In this document: in pieces, positions 9,756 to 18,915 of the stretch | Position numbering within the stretch: the first letter of the stretch is position 1 | Layout: the number at the start of each line of letters is the position of its first letter | Assembly: GCF_003945235.1 (NCBI RefSeq) | Contig: NZ_RSDW01000001.1 | Coordinates: 5,280,001-5,312,000, forward strand | Length of the DNA: 32,000 nucleotides | Reading direction: 5' to 3' | Origin: Edaphobacter aggregans | GTDB taxonomy: Bacteria > Acidobacteriota > Terriglobia > Terriglobales > Acidobacteriaceae | The notes under the pieces: model-generated | Databases searched by the model: none | The model's input: only the letters and a program-made list of their open reading frames with translations | Told to the model about the DNA's origin: nothing | Program-made: the position numbers and the translations under genes

Positions 9756-12700
9756 ATGCATCTCCACAATTGCAATCTGCGCGGCGTCTTGTGCTCCATC
9801 ACCGTGTTCGCCTCGTGTTGCGCGCTGTGGCTCCCATCGGCCTTAGGTCAGGTCACGAGCGGTTCCATCTATGGAACGGTCACCGATCAGACCAGCGCCG
9901 TCATCCCGGGCGCGGTGGTGACTGCAACCAACCTATCGACGTCCGCGGCCAGAACGACGAAGACCGACACCTCAGGCGACTACAGCTTCCCCGTCCTCGA
10001 TCCTGGCGATTACAACGTTGCAGTACAGATGGTGGGGTTTCAGTCGCAGACCCAGGCAAACCTTCGTCTCGACACGAACCAGAATGTTCATGTCAGCTTC
10101 AACCTGCAACCCGGTTCCATCGAGCAAAACATGACAGTCGAGGCTCGGACTGCTCTTGTCGACACGCGCGAATCCCAGATCGGCAACACGGTGGACAGCA
10201 AACGCATCCAGGATCTTCCACTGAACGGCCGGAATGCGTATGACCTCGTGCCAATTGTACCCGGCGTAACGAACTACATTCCCGATATTCCTACCGGATC
10301 TCGCGCAGGCACCCAACTCACAATCAACGGCGTCTCTCGCGGCACTGCTTTTTATCTTGATGGTACCTTCAACAACGACGTTCAACTTGGTGGCAACCTG
10401 CTTCCAAACCCCGATGCGCTTCATGAGTTCCGCGTGTTGACCAGCAACTTCGACGCCGAGTTCGGCCGCCTGGCCGGGGGTGTTGTCAGCGTAGTCACAC
10501 GCTCCGGCAGCAATCAATACCATGCCCTCGCGTATAACTATCTTCGCAACAGTGTCTTTAATGCAAAGAACTGGTTTCTTACTTCGGTGACGCCATTGCG
10601 CCAGAACCAATTCGGCGGAAATATTGGCGGTCCAATCCCGATGACGGATGGCCACGGCTTCTTCTTTTCCTCTTATCAAGGATTGCGCACAAGGCAGCCG
10701 GCAAATGTAGCGTTCTCTTCGCTGCTCACACCGACGGCTCTTGAACGCACAGGAGATTTCAGGAACACACCGGCAGCATCGCGGCCAAACGTCTCCTGCC
10801 TTGGCATCCAATACAAAATCTGCCCGAATCTTCTCGATCCCGTAGCTCAGAATGCTCTCAAGTTCGTTCCCGTGGGTGACTCTACGTCCGGTCCGAACTA
10901 TGGCCATCCCGCAGAGCAGGGTGCCGACGGTAATATCAATGTCGATCAGGGAATGGCGCGCGTGGATTATCAATTGGGCCAGGATCACCAGCTATCCGCT
11001 ATGTATTTTCAGTCCCGCGGCAATTCGAACAGTCCGACCATAGGTGGTAACCAGATCCTCAGCTACTCTGGCATGCGGACCTACGAGGGACAGTACAACA
11101 GTGTGGTCAGCGATATCTGGACGATCTCACCGACCAAAGTGAACTCGGTCCGGGCGTACTACTCTCTCAACCACTACGTCGTCGACAACATCTACCGAAA
11201 TCAGCATCTGCTACCCGACTTAGGAAGTCAGGCTGCCATGGGCGCTAACAACAGTACGCAGCCGCGCTTCGACATAAAGGGTTACTGGCAGATGGGAACC
11301 ACCCAGACCGGCCCCGTGAACACGGCCACTACGACGCTCGGTATCTCCGATACCTTCAATTGGGTGCTTGGCCGCCTTGAGCTGAAATTCGGCGGCGCCT
11401 ACCTATGGGTTCGCGGTGCCGGTACTAGTGTAGGCATCTCGAATGGGTTCTTCACCTTCAGCGGGTCCGCAACAGGTAACGCACTCTTGGATTTTCTTGA
11501 AGGCAAAGCGTCCCTCACGCAAAATAACGGCGTCTTCGTCCGTACCCATTCGCCGGACCCTTCACTTTTCGTTCAGAACAACTGGCGTCTTACTCGCCGC
11601 TTCACGATTGATCTCGGCCTGCGCTGGGAGTACTACACTCCGCAAACCGGCCAAAACAATACAGGAACGTTTGTCGCTGGCGTACAATCCACGCGATTTC
11701 CAACAGCACCCCTGGGACTTCTGACCTCCGGCGATCAAGGGATTCCAGATGGCATCCTGCATACTCCATGGAACACCTTTGCGCCTCGCTTCGGATTCGC
11801 CTATGACCTGTTCGGGAATGGCTTGACGTCGCTTCGCGGCGCCTACGGTGTTTTTTACTCTGCCTTAGATCAACCGCAGCTGGCTGGTCTTGTGCAACAA
11901 CCGTTCTCGCGTTCTGTGTCCGTATCCAGGACACCCAATTTGGTAACTCCGTATGCTCCCGAAACTGACCCATTTCCTTATATCGCCAGCCCTTCTACTG
12001 CCGTATTTCTTCCCGGCGCGAATATCTTCAGCCTGCCGCCTGGCGTCAGGAATATTCCGTCTGTGCAGCAATTCAGCGTAGGAGTTCAACAGCAATTTAG
12101 CTCGAAGTGGAGTTCAGAAATCAACTATGTGGGGAATGTAGGTCGCCACTTCTACACCTCATTCGACGAGAATTCACCCGTGTATAACGCAAGCTGCACG
12201 AGCGCAACGTGCGGCACCACACTCGGCCAAAACAACCGGCGTCCTTATCAGCATCAACTGACTCCGACGACCTACGCTTATGGAGCAATCACGCTCTATG
12301 CGCCCATTGTGAATTCGTCCTATCATTCCTTACAGGCAACGCTGGCACGCCGATTCGATCAGCGCTTCTCCATCCAAGCCAGTTTTGTCTGGTCGAAAGT
12401 AATCGGTTACGGCCCACTAACCAATGCATACGATCTCCGCAGCTCTCGCGGCGTGCTTGATATCGATGTTCCTTTGAACTTCGTGGCATCGTATCTCTTT
12501 GTCATCCCCGGCGTCCATCGCTTCGGACTCTTCGGCAGACAGTTGCTGGATGGCTGGCAGATCAACGGCGTTACGATCCTCCGATCCGGTCAACCGTTCA
12601 ACGTAACCTCTGGAACCGACACGAACTTTGACGGAATCGGAAACGACCGGCCGAACCTCATCGGAAATCCGCATCTGCCCTCAGGACGCGGGAGGATCGT

Positions 12701-13001
12701 AACCACGAAGGCGTTCTTTAATACCTCTACCTTTGCTACACCACCTCCAGGCACCCCGTACGGCAACACGCCATTCAACCTGCTGTACGGTCCACAATAT
12801 GTCGACACCGATCTCTCAGCATTCAAAACATTTCCTATCGAGCGAGACGTCACACTTCAGTTCCGGAGTGAGGTCTTCAACGTCTTCAATAATGTCAACC
12901 TCAACGCTCCGCAGAGCGCCCTGAACAGCCCAGCCTTCGGTACAATTTCAAGCTCAGGCGCGCCGCGTATCGTGCAGCTTGCTCTGCGACTCTCCTTTTG
13001 A
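9756..13001 (+). CDS. TonB-dependent outer-membrane receptor with N-terminal carboxypeptidase-regulatory-like domain
   Basis: Start chosen at MHLHNCNLRGVL..ALGQ, which gives a signal peptide. The CarboxypepD_reg pattern is GSIYGTVTDQTSAVIPGAVVTATN..TDTSGDYSFPVLDPGDYNV. A plug-like region follows, then a long beta-barrel ending in the aromatic terminus LALRLSF. Confidence 0.9.
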   Translation: MHLHNCNLRGVLCSITVFASCCALWLPSALGQVTSGSIYGTVTDQTSAVIPGAVVTATNLSTSAARTTKTDTSGDYSFPVLDPGDYNVAVQMVGFQSQTQANLRLDTNQNVHVSFNLQPGSIEQNMTVEARTALVDTRESQIGNTVDSKRIQDLPLNGRNAYDLVPIVPGVTNYIPDIPTGSRAGTQLTINGVSRGTAFYLDGTFNNDVQLGGNLLPNPDALHEFRVLTSNFDAEFGRLAGGVVSVVTRSGSNQYHALAYNYLRNSVFNAKNWFLTSVTPLRQNQFGGNIGGPIPMTDGHGFFFSSYQGLRTRQPANVAFSSLLTPTALERTGDFRNTPAASRPNVSCLGIQYKICPNLLDPVAQNALKFVPVGDSTSGPNYGHPAEQGADGNINVDQGMARVDYQLGQDHQLSAMYFQSRGNSNSPTIGGNQILSYSGMRTYEGQYNSVVSDIWTISPTKVNSVRAYYSLNHYVVDNIYRNQHLLPDLGSQAAMGANNSTQPRFDIKGYWQMGTTQTGPVNTATTTLGISDTFNWVLGRLELKFGGAYLWVRGAGTSVGISNGFFTFSGSATGNALLDFLEGKASLTQNNGVFVRTHSPDPSLFVQNNWRLTRRFTIDLGLRWEYYTPQTGQNNTGTFVAGVQSTRFPTAPLGLLTSGDQGIPDGILHTPWNTFAPRFGFAYDLFGNGLTSLRGAYGVFYSALDQPQLAGLVQQPFSRSVSVSRTPNLVTPYAPETDPFPYIASPSTAVFLPGANIFSLPPGVRNIPSVQQFSVGVQQQFSSKWSSEINYVGNVGRHFYTSFDENSPVYNASCTSATCGTTLGQNNRRPYQHQLTPTTYAYGAITLYAPIVNSSYHSLQATLARRFDQRFSIQASFVWSKVIGYGPLTNAYDLRSSRGVLDIDVPLNFVASYLFVIPGVHRFGLFGRQLLDGWQINGVTILRSGQPFNVTSGTDTNFDGIGNDRPNLIGNPHLPSGRGRIVTTKAFFNTSTFATPPPGTPYGNTPFNLLYGPQYVDTDLSAFKTFPIERDVTLQFRSEVFNVFNNVNLNAPQSALNSPAFGTISSSGAPRIVQLALRLSF

Positions 13002-13165
13002 GTCTCTGTGGATCTATCTGTCAAACGAGGCCACTTAGTAACATCAACCGTGCGGATCCGGGGGTCAAGTCAAAGCCCAAGATCCAATTTGCGAAGCTGC
13101 CGTGACCGCCAGTTGGTGGACCTATCTGATCGAATCATTTGCTTCCTCAATTGGTGACAACAGGC

Positions 13166-13315
13166 GTGGCTGTTGAAAAACTCCTTTGCCATAAATCCGC
13201 TGAAAAATAGATCGTGTCAGGATGCCCTATAAACGATTTTCTCGGCTCACCTGGACATTTTCTATCCCCCAAATTTTGGCCTGAATACTGAAATTCCGAG
13301 TTTTTCAACAGCCAC
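13166..13315. repeat. perfect 18-bp inverted repeat pair flanking 114 bp (MITE-like or long hairpin)
   Basis: GTGGCTGTTGAAAAACTC at 13166-13183 has its exact reverse complement, GAGTTTTTCAACAGCCAC, at 13298-13315. Confidence 0.7.
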
Positions 13316-13523
13316 AGGCCGAGTCACTCAGCGAGACCCGTTCCATACCAGTCGACTCGAATTCCTGTGGCCGGCATCGGCCAACCAGAAGAAGTCCAAC
13401 TAAACTTCATCTGCGGATCTGCTCGGCAACACAATAACTATTTAGACCAACCATTTTCTGGCCAAATGGTTAAACAAGATTGAGCTTCAACCTTGCTGGG
13501 GCTTTTCACTATTGGAGGTAAAT

Positions 13524-14579
13524 ATGCGCAACGTGGCCAGAATTAAGCTAGGTTACTATCCTCTGCCGCACGAGGAAGCCAAACGCCTGCGGAAACTGCT
13601 GGAGTTCTCGGCAGGAACCACAAGCGTTGTCGATCCATGTGTCGGCACGGGAGTCGCACTCCATCAACTTACCGAAAGAGCGGAGACACAAAAGTACGGC
13701 GTTGAACTCGATGCCAACCGCGCCGCTGCCGCCGCCGCTAGCGGTATCGCAACGATTCAAGGCGATCTCTTCAATGCTGTCGCCAAGGGAGAGAGCTTTT
13801 CGTTTCTCTACCTCAATCCTCCGTATGACTCGGAGATCGGCTCAATGGATAACAAGCGGATGGAATTTCTATTCCTGGAACATACTTATCGCTGGCTGGT
13901 AGAGGGTGGGATTCTGTTGATGGTGGTGCCTCAGGAGCGGCTTCATTCCTCAATTCCGCTATTGGCCGAAAACTTCACAGACCTCCGGGTCTTCAGGCTG
14001 ACCGATCCAGAATCAGAACGTTTCGACCAGGTGGCTTTGTTCGGGGTCCGCAAAAGAATGCGTGGCCAAGACTACAGCCGGAACCGAGCAGGATTGCACG
14101 AGATGGTTTGGCGGCGTGATATACCGATGCTTCAGGGCAATGAGACACCCTATCGTGTGCCGGCGTCGGCGCCTACACGGCTTGTTTACCGCGGATTGCC
14201 TCTCGATCAAATTGAGGACCTCATCGCCCAGTCGTGCGCCTGGAAGCAAATTGAAGCTCCCCTACTCCCCAAGGAAGAGATGGCAGGTGGTCGACCGATT
14301 ACACCGTTGCACGCTGGTCACGTCGGCCTACTCTGCACCGCCGGCCTGCTCAACGGTGTCTTTGGAAAGGGCGACGATCGACACATCGCGCGCTGGCGCT
14401 CGGTGAAATCGGTAACCGTCTTCGAAGTAAAAGAGAAAGGCTATACCGAAGTCCATAAACGCGAACAGTTCACCAACGAACTGGCCTTGATCTACGAGGA
14501 CGGGCGAACGCTTGTACTTCGAGACAAGAAGAGAGAGGGCGGGGATGCAGAACGCACATTTGCGGATGGGGCGGCTTGA
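13524..14579 (+). CDS. N6-adenine-type DNA methyltransferase (orphan, mobile-element associated)
   Basis: The ATG at 13524 lies 5 nt after GGAGG (the ORF track begins at TTG 13512). Motif I is VVDPCVGTG and motif IV is LYLNPPYD (NPPY). The C-terminal ~150 aa are of unknown function. Confidence 0.8.
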   Translation: MRNVARIKLGYYPLPHEEAKRLRKLLEFSAGTTSVVDPCVGTGVALHQLTERAETQKYGVELDANRAAAAAASGIATIQGDLFNAVAKGESFSFLYLNPPYDSEIGSMDNKRMEFLFLEHTYRWLVEGGILLMVVPQERLHSSIPLLAENFTDLRVFRLTDPESERFDQVALFGVRKRMRGQDYSRNRAGLHEMVWRRDIPMLQGNETPYRVPASAPTRLVYRGLPLDQIEDLIAQSCAWKQIEAPLLPKEEMAGGRPITPLHAGHVGLLCTAGLLNGVFGKGDDRHIARWRSVKSVTVFEVKEKGYTEVHKREQFTNELALIYEDGRTLVLRDKKREGGDAERTFADGAA

Positions 14580-15216
14580 GTATCGCCGCAGCATAGGAAA
14601 GACCGACACTCGAATCTCTGTGCACGTGGATCGCTACGTTGGCGAGGGAGCCGACGCATATTTGATCAGCCTGTTCGGAGGAGACGCTGAGGTTGGGGCA
14701 ATCACGGCGGCGGTTTATGAGAAGCATACATTCACGGTGACATTCCTGGACGGCAGCCAGAAGGTAGTAGGCTTCGGTCCAGACGCGATCTGCTATCGCG
14801 GCTCGATAAATCTGCAAGGACGCAAACAAGCTCTTCGGCACCTGATCGCGGTTTCGACCTCTCTTCATGCCAATGGAAGCGCAGGACGGACGTTCATCCT
14901 GCACCTCGGGCCGGATACGAGAGAACTCGCATGGGCTACCCTGGTGAGCTTTCTTGGGCTACCCGCTGATCCACGCTGGAGCGGTCCGATCCTGGAGGCG
15001 ATGTGGGCGGAGAAGAAAATTCAGCTGCTGGATGGAATTGGCTGCACGCCGGCAGCAATCCACGGTACACGCGACGACTTGCTGGCGCGACTTGGGCAGG
15101 CACTGTCTCTGGGGCTGTTGCCGTTTCCTGAGAAAAATGGCCCTGTGCTCTGGCCCAAGTACACGATAGGGCAAGCGCTTAAGGCGTTTTCTCTATCAAT
15201 GACCAGTGACATATAG
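14545..15216 (+). CDS. hypothetical protein
   Basis: ORF of 223 aa from ATG 14545 (open from 14512), overlapping the methyltransferase stop by 35 nt, which suggests translational coupling. I recognise no motifs. Confidence 0.55.
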   Translation: MQNAHLRMGRLEYRRSIGKTDTRISVHVDRYVGEGADAYLISLFGGDAEVGAITAAVYEKHTFTVTFLDGSQKVVGFGPDAICYRGSINLQGRKQALRHLIAVSTSLHANGSAGRTFILHLGPDTRELAWATLVSFLGLPADPRWSGPILEAMWAEKKIQLLDGIGCTPAAIHGTRDDLLARLGQALSLGLLPFPEKNGPVLWPKYTIGQALKAFSLSMTSDI

Positions 15217-15281
15217 AGGTCGCCACTCCGCATACGAATAACCGCACAGCAGGTTCACACAGTTCCAGTCCTTTCCTCCGA

Positions 15282-15307
15282 ACGGCCGGTGATCCCGGCC
15301 GTTTTTT
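15282..15307 (+). terminator. rho-independent terminator
   Basis: An 8-bp perfect GC-rich stem (ACGGCCGG at 15282-15289 with CCGGCCGT at 15295-15302) has loop TGATC and is followed by TTTTTT. Confidence 0.7.
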
Positions 15308-15340
15308 GCTTGTTTACTTCCCATCCTCTGGAGTTCCGCT

Positions 15341-17638
15341 GTGGATACATACTACGAATATCTAAGAGCTTTCTCGCAGGAACTCGGGGCACGCATTGTG
15401 GAGATGTATCCCCCGTTGCAGAGGCCAAACGACCCGTTCCCTCCAGCACTTAAGACGCTCTTGCGACAGCCGCTTCCAGCTCAAGCCCTCACCATCTCTG
15501 GGGTTGCCAAACATCTGAAGACGGCGCGATCGGCGATCATCGTCGGCGAGTGCGGAACCGGTAAGACCCTGATGTCGGTTGCCGTCGCCCACGCAGTTGC
15601 CCATACTCATTCAGAAGGCCGACCTTACGCAGCCATCGGCATGTGCCCGCCGCATCTCGTATTCAAGTGGGCGCGTGAGGTTCTGGAGACCATTCCGCGT
15701 GCCCGGGCCTTTCTCATCTACGACCTCCGCAATGGTGGTGATCCTGCACGGCCGCATGGCATCGTTGAGGTGAAGCAACGCAGTGGTCAGATTGTTCACA
15801 AGGGCCTGAAGACTACACTCTTCGAGCTGCGAACCATGGGTCGGGCTGGGTGGAAGCAGGTCTGTCCAGGGCCGGCGTATTTCATCGTAAGCAGGGAGAC
15901 AGGCAAGCTCAGCTATCACTGGAAGCATGCTTACACGGTCGCAGAATCAGGCCCTGAGAAGGGCGCTGTCACTAATCCCGATACAGGCTGCGCAATCCCC
16001 CGATCGGAGGGCGGATACCTCAGCCGTGTCGACTTTGCCGAGAAGAAGATATTCGAGCATTTCACACGGAGGGATGGCACCGATGGTTTTTCCGCGATGT
16101 GGCAGGCCGACCGCGAGAAGATTCAGCGCATGGCGCCACTCGAGTACATCGGCCGTTACATGAAGGGTTGGTGGGACTACTCCATTGCTGATGAACTGCA
16201 TCAGCTCGCCCAGGAGACTGCCCAGGGCAACAACCTCGGTGTGCTCTATCGCTGCTCGCGAAGGTTGATCGGTCTGACTGGCACCCTCATGGGAGGCTAC
16301 GCTGACGACCTCTTCAACCTTTTCTATCGGATGAAGCCGCGGCAGATGGTGGAAGAAGGCCTCGTGGCGGGCTCCTCGGGAAGACGAGACTTTGCCGAAC
16401 GCTACGGCGTTCTCGAATCCATTGAGAAGATCCCGGATGCTGACCAAGCCTGCACGCGCGCGCAGAAGACGACAGTGCGGCAGGTGCGAAAGCCCGGAGC
16501 TTCACCTCTGGTCTTTGGTAAGTTCCTCATGGCGTCCACGGCATTTGTGACACTCGAGGACATAGCCGCGTACCTGCCGCCCTATGAAGAGAGTGTCGTC
16601 GAGGTAGAGATGGATGAGGAACTCGGCAAGGCGTATGCAGAGATCGAACAGGACATACGCGACGCGGTCAAAAAGAACCGCGGGAATCGGAGTCTGATGA
16701 GCCTCATGATGCACCGGCTGCTTCTCTACCCCGATCACCCGTTTGGCATCGGGGAGATATGGGGCAAACGGTATGACCCGACAATCGGAGACTATGAACC
16801 GTTCCTGGTGACGACAGCGCCAGATCTTCCAGAAGACTTTGTGTATGCCAAGGAGCGCAAACTCATCGAGGACATCCGCGAAGAGCTAGGGAAGGGAAGA
16901 CGCTGCCAGGTCTATGCGACCTTTACAGGTGAGCACGATGTCGCGGCTCGCCTGGAAAGAGTGCTTCGTCAGGCTGGGCTGCGTATCGCTATACTGCGAC
17001 CCACAGTGCCGACGCTCAAGCGAGAGCTATGGTATGAGAAGCAGCTAAAAGACGGCGTTGAAGTCGTGATCTGTCATCCGAAGTTGGTAGAGACGGGCCT
17101 CGACCTTCTCGCGTTCCCAACACTCTACTTCTACGAGACCGGATATTCGCTCCACACACTGCGACAGGCCTCGCGCCGGTCATGGCGTATCGGACAGAAC
17201 CATCCAGTGAAGGTAAAGTTCTTCGTCTCGAAGGCCACGACACAGACGACGTGCCTCCGACTAATGGGGAAGAAGATGTTGGTGGCACTGATGATGGAGG
17301 GCAAGTTCTCGGGCGAAGGCATTCATTCTCTCGAGAGCGACGACGACATGATGAGCGCCATGGCGCGTGAGTTGGTCGAGCGCGGTCGGGTCGGTGAATC
17401 AGCCGACGCCGTCTGGGCAGATCTCAAGCGCGAACGTGCCCAGCACATGCCGGCGGTGTCACAGTCGGAGTTAGTGGCAGAGGGCGATCCATTGTTGCCT
17501 CTTCTGCCGCAGGTGCCAGGAGAAACATCGCAGCCTGCACCGTATCCCGTCGAGTCCGATCCGAACAGGCAACAGAAGCCTGCCGCGCTTTGGCCAACCG
17601 GCCACGCAGAAGCAGCGCAGATGCTGCTGTTCGCCTGA
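15341..17638 (+). CDS. SNF2-family (SF2) helicase/ATPase
   Basis: GTG start. Motifs: Walker A GECGTGKT, motif II IADELHQL (DExH), motif III LTGTLMGG, motif VI QASRRSWRIGQ (the SNF2 signature QxxxRxxRxGQ). Confidence 0.9.
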   Translation: MDTYYEYLRAFSQELGARIVEMYPPLQRPNDPFPPALKTLLRQPLPAQALTISGVAKHLKTARSAIIVGECGTGKTLMSVAVAHAVAHTHSEGRPYAAIGMCPPHLVFKWAREVLETIPRARAFLIYDLRNGGDPARPHGIVEVKQRSGQIVHKGLKTTLFELRTMGRAGWKQVCPGPAYFIVSRETGKLSYHWKHAYTVAESGPEKGAVTNPDTGCAIPRSEGGYLSRVDFAEKKIFEHFTRRDGTDGFSAMWQADREKIQRMAPLEYIGRYMKGWWDYSIADELHQLAQETAQGNNLGVLYRCSRRLIGLTGTLMGGYADDLFNLFYRMKPRQMVEEGLVAGSSGRRDFAERYGVLESIEKIPDADQACTRAQKTTVRQVRKPGASPLVFGKFLMASTAFVTLEDIAAYLPPYEESVVEVEMDEELGKAYAEIEQDIRDAVKKNRGNRSLMSLMMHRLLLYPDHPFGIGEIWGKRYDPTIGDYEPFLVTTAPDLPEDFVYAKERKLIEDIREELGKGRRCQVYATFTGEHDVAARLERVLRQAGLRIAILRPTVPTLKRELWYEKQLKDGVEVVICHPKLVETGLDLLAFPTLYFYETGYSLHTLRQASRRSWRIGQNHPVKVKFFVSKATTQTTCLRLMGKKMLVALMMEGKFSGEGIHSLESDDDMMSAMARELVERGRVGESADAVWADLKRERAQHMPAVSQSELVAEGDPLLPLLPQVPGETSQPAPYPVESDPNRQQKPAALWPTGHAEAAQMLLFA

Positions 17639-17714
17639 GCCACTGCATGTGAGCCTGTGAGTTGTCAGCAGGCTCACATGCTTAGAGCTTTCAATAAGAA
17701 AACAGGAGATTTCT

Positions 17715-18380
17715 ATGGCCAGCAAAGCTACACCTCTGATTCCGTTTCAAGGGACAACTGGTGCGCTGTCGTCTCCCGCCGTGGTTGCCACGGATCATTC
17801 TCTGCTTGAGCTGGACAGTGAACTCGATGCGATACTCGATCGGATTCAGGACGAGATCGAAGAACAGGGCGAGGCGAGCGCCGAAGCAATGGAGCGCCTC
17901 CAATTGTTCTGCCAGGCCATGGATGTAAAGATCGACCGGATCGGTCGCTTTCTAAAAGTCATGGAGACGCGCGCCGAATACTGCAAGAAGGAGTCGGCAA
18001 GGTACGCCGCTCGCGCCAAGAGGGCCCAGAACAAGATCGAACGAACCGAGTTTATGGTCCTTTACTACCTCGCCAGCCACGATCTTAGGAAGATCGAAAG
18101 TCATGAATTTACGCTGAAGCGGAATAGGAACTCCCAGGACAGTGTAGTGATCACAGAGCCGGACAGCATCCCTGATGACTTACGCCGCTTCGAGGCAAAG
18201 ATAGATGGTCCCCTCTGGCTCGATGTGATCGATGCATTGCCCAGGACGCTAGCAGAGCCGCTCATAGCTTCCGTAAGATCTAGCGAGCCCTCGAATAGTG
18301 CCATCAAGCAGCATATTACCAACGGTGGTGTGGTCGAGGGAGCTTCGGTCAAACGCGGGTACCATCTAAGAATCGAATAG
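17715..18380 (+). CDS. Siphovirus Gp157-like protein (phage-associated, function unknown)
   Basis: AGGAG RBS. An acidic N-terminus is followed by a coiled-coil (AEAMERLQLF..IDRIGRFLKVMETRAEYCKKESARYAARAKRAQNKIERTEFMVLYYL) and then ..FTLKRNRNS...IPDD. This matches the Gp157 family layout from memory and was not searched. Confidence 0.55.
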   Translation: MASKATPLIPFQGTTGALSSPAVVATDHSLLELDSELDAILDRIQDEIEEQGEASAEAMERLQLFCQAMDVKIDRIGRFLKVMETRAEYCKKESARYAARAKRAQNKIERTEFMVLYYLASHDLRKIESHEFTLKRNRNSQDSVVITEPDSIPDDLRRFEAKIDGPLWLDVIDALPRTLAEPLIASVRSSEPSNSAIKQHITNGGVVEGASVKRGYHLRIE

Positions 18381-18517
18381 TGGGAACGTCAGCTAAGTCA
18401 ACTTGCGCTGCCTATTTCCTTGCACTGCGCAGAAGGGCGACTTCCCGTTTACCAACTACACACCACAACACGCTTGGGAGGACCAATACAACTCTCAATG
18501 AGGGCTAAGCCCCGATG

Positions 18518-18568
18518 GCAATAGTTGAACGATCGGTCACCTGTACGGAAAGCCGACTACACGGCCAA
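18518..18568. repeat. partial copy (module Y) of composite intergenic repeat
   Basis: GCAATAGTTGAACGATCGGTCACCTGTACGGAAAGCCGACTACACGG recurs 121 bp downstream at 18639. Confidence 0.65.
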
Positions 18569-18613
18569 GTGACGTGAAGAGTGTTTCCCATTACTAATCC
18601 ATGAAGCCCTGAA

Positions 18614-18743
18614 GTTGAATGAATGGCTTGCACTGTTAGCAATAGTTGAACGGTCGGGCACTTGTCCGGAAAGCCGACTATACGTCCATGTAGCTCGTTC
18701 TGTTGTCGGTGAGCGCTTTGGCGATTTATCGCTCACGGAGAAC
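18614..18743. repeat. full uninterrupted copy of composite intergenic repeat (modules X-Y-Z-W)
   Basis: Module X is ..CACTGTTAGCAA and Y is TAGTTGAACGGTCGGGCACTTGTCCGGAAAGCCGACTATACG. Module Z is GCTCGTTCTGTTGTCGGTGAG and W is GGCGATTTATCGCTCACGGAGAAC. Related copies lie at 22503-22590 plus 24053-24075, 26804-26855 (reverse), 30929-31058 and, degenerate, at 930-1047. Confidence 0.65.
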
Positions 18744-18915
18744 TTGTATTTTGCTTCCTGCGTCCAGATGACGAGCAGAGCGTTTTTCAGGACCTATCTT
18801 GGCGCTGATAACGTCAGCTGTGGAGGCACACTTCTGCATCGTCGGTCTTACGGACAACAAAGCCGAAAGTTGGGCTTACACGCACGAGGGTGTCCTTCGT
18901 AGGAACACGCCCTGG

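Noticed and set aside
9972-10988. 338-aa minus-strand ORF. Similar long antisense ORFs lie at 3935-4525, 8579-9253, 15947-16447, 24465-25082, 25896-26696, 28954-29532 and 29563-30645.
   Set aside because: All lie antisense inside genes with strong family signatures. They have no RBS or recognisable motifs, so I treated them as shadow ORFs.
13524-17638. Assignment of the MTase plus SNF2 helicase to DISARM, BREX or a Type I/III R-M system
   Set aside because: The required partners are absent: DrmA/DrmB/PLD for DISARM, PglZ/BrxC for BREX, and S or R subunits or Res for R-M. I left it as an unclassified module.
18719-18733. TGGCGATTTATCGC read as a sigma-54 -24/-12 promoter (TGGCAC-N5-TTGC)
   Set aside because: The GG-to-GC spacing is one nt short of the canonical spacing. 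The sequence is a palindrome recurring inside a repeat and is not consistently placed upstream of genes.
18615-18902. 95-aa ORF in the gap between the Gp157-like gene and the 144-aa gene
   Set aside because: Its 5-prime half is simply the translation of the composite repeat. It has no RBS and its composition is not protein-like.
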